This document shows positions 29,690 through 38,346 of a DNA stretch of 64,000 nucleotides, one piece after another. The notes under the pieces are model-generated. The model searched no databases and was not told the DNA's origin. It saw only the letters and a program-made list of their open reading frames with translations. The DNA is from an uncultured virus (IMG/VR IMGVR_UViG_2061766007_000271) (taxonomy: Duplodnaviria; Heunggongvirae; Uroviricota; Caudoviricetes): IMG/VR virus record IMGVR_UViG_2061766007_000271; one strand, given 5' to 3'. Position numbers and translations under genes: made by a program. How positions within the stretch are numbered: the stretch's first letter is position 1; every line of letters starts with the position of its first letter.

Positions 29690-30703
29690 TTATATATTGG
29701 GATATACCATGACATTTGGTGGTGTTGTCGTCATAGTGCCTTTCACGTACTTGCTGACAATATCTTCTGTCGAACTGTAGTAAGCACCAGTCACGGCGGT
29801 CGTCGGACTGGCAATCCACGCATTTAATTGCGTGCCAGTTACAAATCTCCATCTTCCCTGTATAAATGCTAGCCTGTATGTGCTATCGGTTGGCGTACCA
29901 CCTACTTTGACATAAATCAACGGGTCTTCTGTCTTTTGATATGAACCAATAACACTACTATAATCGGTGGCAGAATAACGGTTCGCCAGCTTATCATTGA
30001 AATCATAAATGACCGTGATGCCACTCCAACTGTAAGAGCCTCCCATATAATTCGACACACCGCTCGAAGCGTCATTCGTAAGTGCTGTGCAATATCCCGC
30101 CACCTGAGATGTCGTATGCGTCCCGTCAAAGGTCGGCAATTCGGCACTTTCCATGATGACCCAGTAATAATTGTTTGACAGGTTGCTGATTCTTGTTTTG
30201 AAAATAAAGACGTTTTTACCAGAACTGTCTATTGGACTGCTGACATACACAGGCTCGTCATAACTGGTGATATTACTGCTTCTCCCCTGTCGTCCAAGAT
30301 ACACAGTATTCGACGTTGAATTTTTTGTATAAGTCAATTTGAGGCAAATTGTATATGGCACTCTGTAATAGGATTTGCTTTCATCATATGTCCCAGCAGG
30401 CATCTCAATACCCATGAATTCAGCATATCCGCCATAAACATTGCTTTTTCCGAATATCTTTTCTCCTGCCGTAAATAACCACCCGTTTGTCTTGAAAGTC
30501 CCTATGTTATTTAAACTGTTTGATTCATTAAAAGCATAGATTTCTCTTTTTTTATTATCCAAAAGAGTTATCTTATGAGATGAATTCTGCAATCTTGCAC
30601 GCATTTCTGTCAACAGAAATTCTTTGTTTGTCGGAACTGTATATAGCGCATTTGATTCATACATCCCACCCGCTCCTGATGCTCTGATATGTATATATGG
30701 CAT
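29690..30703 (-). CDS. Ser/Thr/Tyr-rich protein, YTVP family with C-terminal extension
   Basis: LYTVPTNKEFLL...LFTAGEKIFGKS...GIEMPAGT. Confidence 0.6.
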   Translation of the reverse strand: MPYIHIRASGAGGMYESNALYTVPTNKEFLLTEMRARLQNSSHKITLLDNKKREIYAFNESNSLNNIGTFKTNGWLFTAGEKIFGKSNVYGGYAEFMGIEMPAGTYDESKSYYRVPYTICLKLTYTKNSTSNTVYLGRQGRSSNITSYDEPVYVSSPIDSSGKNVFIFKTRISNLSNNYYWVIMESAELPTFDGTHTTSQVAGYCTALTNDASSGVSNYMGGSYSWSGITVIYDFNDKLANRYSATDYSSVIGSYQKTEDPLIYVKVGGTPTDSTYRLAFIQGRWRFVTGTQLNAWIASPTTAVTGAYYSSTEDIVSKYVKGTMTTTPPNVMVYPNI

Positions 30704-30760
30704 AAAATTATCTCCTTACTTCAATGAATTAAATCATATATTTATTCTACCAATATAAAC

Positions 30761-30788
30761 AAAAAGAGCTGGATTTTAAATCCAGCTC
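30761..30788 (-). terminator. intrinsic terminator
   Basis: GAGCTGGATTT/AAATCCAGCTC stem plus T-tract. Confidence 0.6.
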
Positions 30789-30810
30789 AAGCAATCACAT
30801 TAGGTTCGGT

Positions 30811-32181
30811 TTATTTGGCAGGTTTGAATGTCGGAATCGACTGGATAACCTGTATTACTTGTTCGGCAGTAATGTATCTCGTGCATTCATACTTCCTGTT
30901 GTCGTTCTGATGGCGCGGACACCAGAAGTAATTGCTGTGGTCGAAATTCTCGCGCACGTCGTCCCAGCAACCAATGCACGCCTGATAATTGATGACGCGG
31001 TACGGCGTGTAGAATTCCGTGTTAGGAAGCGAGAATCCAGAAATCAGGACGACTGGGACTTTGCAACCCCATGCCACCCAAGACAATCCAGAACCCAAGC
31101 CAATGAAGAAATCCGCATCCTTGATGACATTGATTCGCTCCTGAAGCGGGATGTTGCCAGTGTAGTCCTCCACGCCCCAAGGCAACTGGTTGAACGTCTG
31201 CTCCGCCCCGTACACCCTGTCCCTGTCAATGCAGATGACCTTGTAATCATGGGCTTTGAGGAAATGAACCACCCCGTCCCATCCGAACGGATTGTTCCAG
31301 AACTTGCACTGCGCCGAGGCTTTTGCGCTGATGACACAGTATTTTCCCTTAATCTGGCGTTTGGCGGACAGGTCGAAACGCGGGGGTATGTCTTCAAGCT
31401 CCTCTTTCGTGCGGAGTCCGAGAATGTAACCCGCCGTCCTGTGCAGACCGACCAGCCTGAAGTCAATTGGCTGGAAATCCGTGTCGCCCTTGAAGAACAG
31501 ACCGATGTAGTAATTGGCATATGAATTGACCTTCGCCGTATCCTCTTTTTTGATGTAATCAAATTGCGGATATTGTTTCTCGACAAGCTCTTTCAGGAAA
31601 TCCGAGATGACCAGCTTCACTTTGCAACCGAATTTCTTCTGGAAACGTTCGACATAGCTGAACCACCCGATTGAATCCCCAATGGTGTTGACTGGAAACT
31701 GCACAAGCACATCCTTGTCCTTCAAGTCCATCGTATGCTCGAACACGATTTGCTTGTTGTCCTGACGTATGATATCGAAATGATACCTGAGATAATACTT
31801 CTTCGTGGATGTGATGAGCGTCCCGTTGTTCACGTCGGAATCATACATGACCAGATTGCTGTCCGCATCGACAAAGCGGAGGTGGTACTTCACTTCGTTG
31901 TTTTCTGGGAAATAAATCCTGAACCCAGAATTGAAGTCGAATTTAATGCCATTCACCGCATCCTGCGTAGGAATGCCTGGAATGTCTCCATATGCATTCT
32001 CGCTCTTCTCCTGTTTCACTTCGACGGCGACTTCCTCTTGTTTCTTTTCTTTCTCTTGAGGTTTCTCCTCTGGCTGTTTTACTTCTTCATTCTTACTGTT
32101 TTCAGCAGATGAGATGGCATTCTTCACCGCCTCCTGCACCTGCTCTGCATTCTGATTCAAATCCTTCTTTTCTTCATCCAT
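30811..32181 (-). CDS. autotransporter-type protein O-heptosyltransferase (Aah/TibC, BAHT family)
   Basis: IKFDFN.G.R, S.KKYY, TIGDSIGWF, QCKFWNNP.GW, FFIGLGSGLSW.AW, ISGFSLP..EF, C..CW, WCPRH, ECT iron-finger cysteines. Confidence 0.9.
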   Translation of the reverse strand: MDEEKKDLNQNAEQVQEAVKNAISSAENSKNEEVKQPEEKPQEKEKKQEEVAVEVKQEKSENAYGDIPGIPTQDAVNGIKFDFNSGFRIYFPENNEVKYHLRFVDADSNLVMYDSDVNNGTLITSTKKYYLRYHFDIIRQDNKQIVFEHTMDLKDKDVLVQFPVNTIGDSIGWFSYVERFQKKFGCKVKLVISDFLKELVEKQYPQFDYIKKEDTAKVNSYANYYIGLFFKGDTDFQPIDFRLVGLHRTAGYILGLRTKEELEDIPPRFDLSAKRQIKGKYCVISAKASAQCKFWNNPFGWDGVVHFLKAHDYKVICIDRDRVYGAEQTFNQLPWGVEDYTGNIPLQERINVIKDADFFIGLGSGLSWVAWGCKVPVVLISGFSLPNTEFYTPYRVINYQACIGCWDDVRENFDHSNYFWCPRHQNDNRKYECTRYITAEQVIQVIQSIPTFKPAK

Positions 32182-32215
32182 CGTACTCTACTGCTCCTGT
32201 ATTTATACTGTTATG

Positions 32216-32563
32216 TCAATTGTCAAGCCCAAGGTTTGAACCTCCGTAGTTCGGCGTGTCCTCGTCCAACGAGGCTTTGTTCCTGTCGAGAAATTCGTCC
32301 ACGGGACCAAAGCCCCTGAGAAACAACGGTCTGGTGCCTTTCAGATTGAAAATGTACAGGATGTTGTCTTTTTTGCCTTCTGGAAACAACTCCATAATCT
32401 TGTCGTAGATGTCCTCCTTGTTCAAAAGGGTCTTGACAAGATACATCTTCGAGCTTTCATTCAACAGTCCCGCCAAGTCAACGCTTATCCATTTCAATCC
32501 ATTCTCGACAAGCTTCTCGGCTTCCTCGTCATCCGTGTGCATGATAACCATGTACAAATTCAT
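32216..32563 (-). CDS. hypothetical protein
   Basis: 115-aa ORF with AAGGAG RBS. Confidence 0.6.
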   Translation of the reverse strand: MNLYMVIMHTDDEEAEKLVENGLKWISVDLAGLLNESSKMYLVKTLLNKEDIYDKIMELFPEGKKDNILYIFNLKGTRPLFLRGFGPVDEFLDRNKASLDEDTPNYGGSNLGLDN

Positions 32564-32578
32564 TTTCCAGCTCCTTTA

Positions 32579-33110
32579 TTATTTTACAATCCAATTCCTG
32601 TTGGTCATGTAATAGGCTATCCGCCCGTGAACAGTAAACCCTTCCCTGTCGTCAGGCTTGGACGACTTTATCAACTGGTTGGAATACACTGGCTTCGTCC
32701 CGTCTGCACAGCTTACGGTGATATGCAACGTCTGGGCATCGTCCTTGATTTCATTGACGGAGGCATCGTCACATTCCACTGTCCATGCATCGCCCCTGTC
32801 ATCGGAATAATGCTTCTTCAGTGTCAGTTCCACACGGGTTCCAGCATACGGAGTGTCCGTCCCCCCGTTGTTGCCGAAATAATGCAACGTCACATGCTCC
32901 CCGTACTTGTTCGGATGAATGCTNNNNNNNNNNTCCATCGTTACCGAAATAATGCAACGTCACATGCTCCCCGTACTTGTTCGGATGAATGCTGTCCATC
33001 AGCAACTTCGCCTTGTCGGATTCGTCAATCAGAATGGCGGAATAAATCACCGTCGATTCTTTCGCCGTGGCTATTCTCTTAGCCACCTTTTCCATCTTTT
33101 CATTGTCCAT
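32579..33110 (-). CDS. 2H phosphoesterase with shared leader (internal assembly duplication)
   Basis: HVTL and HITV tetrapeptides, KPVYSN; MDNEKMEKVAKRIATA leader; ~55-bp duplicate around the N gap. Confidence 0.7.
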
Positions 33111-33435
33111 GTTCGTCCTCTTTGATTTCATTGTCGTTCCACGACTCCATCATGACCTCGACCTTGTATTCGCATTCGTCGTCAGTCCGCACGATGTCCG
33201 TGATATGTTCCTTCAATAAATCCATCTTCCGTTGTGGCTTCAATTCAATCCACCATTGAATATTGTCCCTGCTCACAAGGTCGTATATGCTTCTCAAATC
33301 CGTCTGGAAAACACATATCCCTCCTTTGTCCATGCAAAATGTGTCGATTGTCAGCATGTCGTCACATTTTCCAAGAGACACGCTGATGTTACCGCACAAA
33401 TGGTTGCATTGTTTGCAGAAAGTAAGGTTCTTCAT
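33100..33435 (-). CDS. hypothetical protein, Cys-rich dispersed family
   Basis: FCKQC...CEYKVE; ATG lies 7 bp after class II motif, suggesting a leaderless transcript. Confidence 0.55.
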   Translation of the reverse strand: MKNLTFCKQCNHLCGNISVSLGKCDDMLTIDTFCMDKGGICVFQTDLRSIYDLVSRDNIQWWIELKPQRKMDLLKEHITDIVRTDDECEYKVEVMMESWNDNEIKEDEHGQ

Positions 33436-33477
33436 GCTTTAAATATGACATGAATTTTATTTTTCATTCATTGATTT

Positions 33478-34062
33478 TCAATTTTCCCGCACCCACGAAT
33501 TGCCTGTCCAAATTAATTCGCCAGACGCATCATGAATAAATTCATCGCTTTCATAATCAATATCAGCCTTTCCCCATACCGATGCCATTCCATATAAATT
33601 CGCATTTCCATGAATAAACACGTTGGTTCCAGAAACCGAATTGCAACGCACTCGCGACGAACCGCAGATTCTCACGCTTTTCGGCATATCGACATTGAAA
33701 TGATTCTTTACACTGTAAACAAGGCAAGTCCCGCAAACTTGCGCTTTATCATATATTTCAACTTTTCCATGCACGATGGCATTTTCATAAACCCATGCGT
33801 CGCCATATACCTTTGCTCCATCATATACACATGCCTCATCTCCAACCCAGCAATTTCCAGACTGGGAAAGATTGTCGGAATTTTCAATGAATCCTCCCAA
33901 ATCGCCCGTGACAACACTTCCGAAATCCCTGCACGCCATGATTCTCCACATCTGTCTTCCAAGATGATTGGATTTTCCGTAAAGCATGTATTTTCTTTTT
34001 CCCTGCTTCGCCATCTCCAGCAAGGACAAATATGTATCATTCAATTCATTCAGCACATTCAT
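33478..34062 (-). CDS. hexapeptide-repeat (left-handed beta-helix) protein
   Basis: GDLGGFIE...NLSQ.GNCWV followed by A.VYG/A.VY repeats. Confidence 0.8.
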   Translation of the reverse strand: MNVLNELNDTYLSLLEMAKQGKRKYMLYGKSNHLGRQMWRIMACRDFGSVVTGDLGGFIENSDNLSQSGNCWVGDEACVYDGAKVYGDAWVYENAIVHGKVEIYDKAQVCGTCLVYSVKNHFNVDMPKSVRICGSSRVRCNSVSGTNVFIHGNANLYGMASVWGKADIDYESDEFIHDASGELIWTGNSWVREN

Positions 34063-34510
34063 ATTGCATATTTCCTTTGTTTTTCATCTTTGCAAGAACC
34101 TGTTTGGACTTTTTCTTGAACACCGCGTATTCCTTCTTCGCATCGTCGTCGATGACGACGTTATGCACGGTGCTCACCAGCAAATCCAGCCACCTCAACA
34201 ATGGATGACCGTATTTGTCGGCTTTCTCTTCAAGCTCCTTCAGCAATTCCACGATGGTCATGTACGGCTTCTTCAACTTCGCTTCGGACGGCAATGCGTC
34301 AAGACATCCGACAATTCCAGATGCCTCGTCCATCAAATCCTCCGAATACACGGAGTGCAGGCTCCAGTAGAATCCGAATTTCAACGGATAGCCCACGCTT
34401 TCCAGCAGATATATCTCGCGTTGCATGATGTTCCTGTCGCAAAGAGTCGAAAGCGTGGAAACACCCAACGCCTTCAAAGTCGCCGCCAACGGCATTTCGT
34501 AATTGTACAT
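34046..34510 (-). CDS. hypothetical protein, weak YwgA/Panacea-like winged-helix pattern
   Basis: R..MQREIYLL...G....F.W....VYSEDL. Confidence 0.4.
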   Translation of the reverse strand: MYNYEMPLAATLKALGVSTLSTLCDRNIMQREIYLLESVGYPLKFGFYWSLHSVYSEDLMDEASGIVGCLDALPSEAKLKKPYMTIVELLKELEEKADKYGHPLLRWLDLLVSTVHNVVIDDDAKKEYAVFKKKSKQVLAKMKNKGNMQYECAE

Positions 34511-34614
34511 TTTGTTCTCCGAATCAATATTTCCTGAGATAATATGGCGACGACAAATAAAAAAGCCGAGGAAAAATTTTCCTCAGCTCTTCATTTTTTC
34601 AATTCATCAAAATC

Positions 34615-35010
34615 TCATGACCTATACTTTCCGTTTCCGACATATTTCAATTGGTCTCCCTGTGAAAACACATTGAAGAAATACACCGTGAATTCCTCGA
34701 CTGTCTTTTCGTTCTTCTTCTTGACCGCATCTGTGAAATTCTTTTCGAGAAGCATGGAAATGTGCTTTTCCTTCCTGAACTGCCTGAATTCCAATGTCGT
34801 CTCCATCCAGTTCTTCACTTGCTGGTCGATTCCGAGAATCGGCTCCCCTCCCTTTGTCATCAGGAGAAAACGCTCCATATTGTTCAGCACGTCCCCGACC
34901 TGACTAATGACATCCTCCTGCGAAAATTCCGTCTCTTGCCTGAAAATCAGACCGACGATGATGTTCTGGATGTCAATCAGACCGTCCTGAGTAAAAAGCA
35001 TTATATCCAT
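34615..35010 (-). CDS. hypothetical protein
   Basis: 131-aa ORF followed by hairpin at 34559-34590. Confidence 0.55.
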   Translation of the reverse strand: MDIMLFTQDGLIDIQNIIVGLIFRQETEFSQEDVISQVGDVLNNMERFLLMTKGGEPILGIDQQVKNWMETTLEFRQFRKEKHISMLLEKNFTDAVKKKNEKTVEEFTVYFFNVFSQGDQLKYVGNGKYRS

Positions 35011-35217
35011 ACTCTTTCCTTTTTATTAGTATTCATGTCTCAATACATGTTATTATATATCTCAATTATAAATGAAAAAAGTAGCAATAATTACACGAAT
35101 CCCTTTCTCGTTCAATGCACAATTGCGTCCCCGTGTAGTATTTTATATTATCATCTCCCTTGAGGCAATGCTCGAAACAGAACGACATGTCGAATTTATC
35201 GCACATTTTCACAACTT

Positions 35218-36268
35218 CTATCTGAATGCGTATATTGAAAAATGATACGGCATGTACTTAATATATTGCTCATTACTGCAACCAGTCTTGATGAAATGCC
35301 CACTTGCCAGATTGTTGCACACGTCATCCCATGTGTATTTCTTTATGTAGTTCCTGAATTCTCCATGCACGTCAATGGAGTAAAGAAGTGCAATCCCGTA
35401 GTCGTCGACACCAACAACCGTGCAGTATTCAGCACCGTAGAATATGCGTCCACCCCATCCCTTTACTGGATAGAATCCAAACCACGTGGATTTTTCATTC
35501 TCATACAATATGGACAGCGTGTCACCTACAATCAGAGGCTTCCCGTATATCGACCTGTGACCTGACTGCTCTGGTCTCCACGCCGTCCCGTCAGGAAAAG
35601 GGGGCGTTGACTCCACAATCTTGCTTCCGTACCAATCTTCGTCTGGCAGTTTCGTCTTGTCCCTCTCATAGAGCTTCGTCCTGTACGCCGATTCCCACCA
35701 GTCCTTGTCATATTTGATTCTATTGAACAAGAAATGCCTCTTTTCCATCATGCGCTTGGCAATCTTGTTCGTCGTGTCAGCGATATATTCCTCGCAGGGG
35801 TCAAGGATGGACGCGAAAAGCTCCGTGGCNNNNNNNNNNGGCGATATATTCCTCGCAGGGGTCAAGGATGGACGCGAAAAGCTCCGTGGCGACACCTTTG
35901 CGGCGATGCCCCTCGTTCACGCAGACTGCGAAGATGTAAATACAGTCGATGTGATTCTTCATGCAATGATACAAGCCATCAGGTGAACCGCTTGGACAAT
36001 ACTCCAGTTCTCCGAAGAATTCCCCGAACATGTGGTCGTCGAGCTTCCTCAACGGAAAAGTCAACGCAATGCCAATCAGATAGCCATCTTCATACGCTCC
36101 CATGTTCCAGCCATTTTCCAATGTCCAAGTCATCACTTCTCGAAAATCGTCCATCATCGCCTGCTTGTTCTCGTACCATCCCCTGTAGTAGGGGTCGTCG
36201 AAAAAGTTGTCAGCGAAAACTTTCAATACCGCGTCGATTTCGTCAGCTTCGATTCTTCTAATGTCCAT
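35218..36268 (-). CDS. GNAT acetyltransferase fused to unknown C-terminal domain
   Basis: VCV...HRRKGVA motif A; removing the duplicate around the N gap joins the two ORFs, giving TTNKIAKRMMEKRHF as motif B. Confidence 0.7.
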
Positions 36269-36310
36269 AATTCTCCTTTGATAAAATTACGCCATGTGAA
36301 ACACACATAT

Positions 36311-36338
36311 AATATGAATCACATGGCGGAATTGTCAA
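36311..36338 (-). promoter_or_regulatory. class I promoter variant
   Basis: TTGACA-16 bp-CATATT. Confidence 0.55.
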
Positions 36339-36362
36339 GTTAAAATTTAATTATTTATAACT

Positions 36363-38267
36363 TTAATTATTCTTTGCTGGTTTCATGAATTTAACAAATT
36401 TATGGTCGATATCAATTGCATGGCGGAAAATTTCATTGCATGCATTTATATATTGTTTTTCATCTCTTGACATGCATTCAGTCAAATATTTGGAAATTTC
36501 ATCCGATATTATCCCTATGTTCGATTCATCCAACTTGTATTTTGCTTTTAATGAAGAAAAATAATCTGGATTTTTGCATTTATAAGCAAATGTTTCTTTT
36601 ATAATATTGCCAATCTTTTCCAAATTAAATTTCGGATATGCCTTTTGATAATCTTCAAAAGTATCAAATTTGTCAACAAAATCACTTACATTGTTGATTT
36701 TTGTAAAATATGTTTGAAGCATGTTGTTTATATACCAATATATATTGTTTTCATTATTGAGAAATTTCTTTTTAATTGTATCAACGACGAATTTAGGATT
36801 GGAAGGCTTTTTCTTCTGGTACGCTTCTTCATTATGGACAATTTTATATTCATTATTCTGTCTATCTTTATTAATATTATAAAGCGCACGAGTAATCGCA
36901 TTATAATTACTTCTTATTGCGTCGTCAAAGTAGCTATTGCTTTTTTCTTCATCGTATGTCGCATTAAAATATATTGTCTTCTTGTCGTTCGAGAGATATA
37001 CTGTTTTTCTTAATCCAAGATAAAATTCATTATATCCTTTTTCAGTTAAATGCACAGGAAGATTAACTACATATTCGTTATTTTTAAGCACATCCTTGAA
37101 AGTAACTTCACCAAGATTCATTTCAAAAACCGAACCAAGTTGCTTTTTCTCCATTCCGCTTACATCCACCGCAGAAGCTGTATTTTCTTCTTTCTTCGGC
37201 TCGGCATTCTTCTTGAACTCATTGTTGATTATGGCTTTAATGGATTCCTTCATTGTCCCTTCTTTCAATCCATTATAATAATAGCATCTGAAACAGTCTC
37301 CAACAAATTCCTCCGCGCATTCACCTGAATATGTCGTTGGAAGAAAACAGCCGTTCCTGTTTCGCCTTGCATCAAAATACATCATTCTAAATCTTGTCTT
37401 TTGAATGTCATTGGCGAATTTATACCACCATCTGTGCCCAAGTTCATGCACCATTGCGCCAACGGGGGAAATCCCTGCCAAAAGGTCTTCCTCCTCCATT
37501 GTGATTCTCAATGAATCCGTATTGGGTTCATAATCTCCTTCCACTATCAAATTCGCAGTCTCATAAACAGGAATGAATTCCACATTTCCATATAAAAGAT
37601 TTTCAGGAATACCGCATGAACATACTTCCTTAACAATGCTTGTAGCCGATTCCTTGAAATCTTCAGGACATCTCACCTTGAATTTACCGCAGTCGAATGT
37701 ATTTTCAGAAGATGCTTCAACTCCAAGGAACTTCGACACCTCCTGTGTATGGAACTTGCATTTTCCAACCAATATGTCATATGCCTCCTGCTTCGTAGTC
37801 GTCCATGTCTTTCCTTTGTATGCATCGAATTTATTTGGATTCTTTTTAAGGAGATTCATGGCTGCACCGCACATCAAATCATATTTTTCCATTTTACTGC
37901 ACTTGTCTAAATCTATTCCTCGTTTTTGCATATTCTGCATACTGTATATGAAGAATGCCTCATTGTATATGTCCTTTTCTTCTTGAGACGACCCATATGA
38001 TTTAGTATCCGACATTTCAGCAATAAACATACCAATAGTGTAACACATGAAAGTCACAGTGTCTCCAGATACCGTAATTTTCATTTCTGGACACCCATTG
38101 TCGCGTTCGAAAATAAACGCGATTTGCTCATTTTTTTTCGCTGTGGCAAAATCATATCCATTGGCAAAACTATGTTGTTGCATAATTCTATCCGCCACAC
38201 CATCGGCGACCAACTGCTTCGCCAATGCAATTAAATTCTTCGCTATTTTCAAATTGCTTTTCATCAT
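36363..38267 (-). CDS. large zinc metallopeptidase-like protein with shared leader
   Basis: NLLYG, HELGHRWW, PTTYS...EEFVGDCF; NLKIAKNLIALAKQLVAD leader. Confidence 0.75.
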   Translation of the reverse strand: MMKSNLKIAKNLIALAKQLVADGVADRIMQQHSFANGYDFATAKKNEQIAFIFERDNGCPEMKITVSGDTVTFMCYTIGMFIAEMSDTKSYGSSQEEKDIYNEAFFIYSMQNMQKRGIDLDKCSKMEKYDLMCGAAMNLLKKNPNKFDAYKGKTWTTTKQEAYDILVGKCKFHTQEVSKFLGVEASSENTFDCGKFKVRCPEDFKESATSIVKEVCSCGIPENLLYGNVEFIPVYETANLIVEGDYEPNTDSLRITMEEEDLLAGISPVGAMVHELGHRWWYKFANDIQKTRFRMMYFDARRNRNGCFLPTTYSGECAEEFVGDCFRCYYYNGLKEGTMKESIKAIINNEFKKNAEPKKEENTASAVDVSGMEKKQLGSVFEMNLGEVTFKDVLKNNEYVVNLPVHLTEKGYNEFYLGLRKTVYLSNDKKTIYFNATYDEEKSNSYFDDAIRSNYNAITRALYNINKDRQNNEYKIVHNEEAYQKKKPSNPKFVVDTIKKKFLNNENNIYWYINNMLQTYFTKINNVSDFVDKFDTFEDYQKAYPKFNLEKIGNIIKETFAYKCKNPDYFSSLKAKYKLDESNIGIISDEISKYLTECMSRDEKQYINACNEIFRHAIDIDHKFVKFMKPAKNN

Positions 38268-38346
38268 GGTTGTTTCTCCCGTAAAAACAAAAATCCGACA
38301 GTACATTATACTGTCGGATATAAGAAAAAGTTAAGTTGTTTATAAT

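Noticed and set aside
6608..30765. TTTTGTTTAT motif after several terminators as a late promoter
   Set aside because: Overlaps terminator T-tracts in AT-rich DNA; too few and too low-complexity instances to separate from chance.
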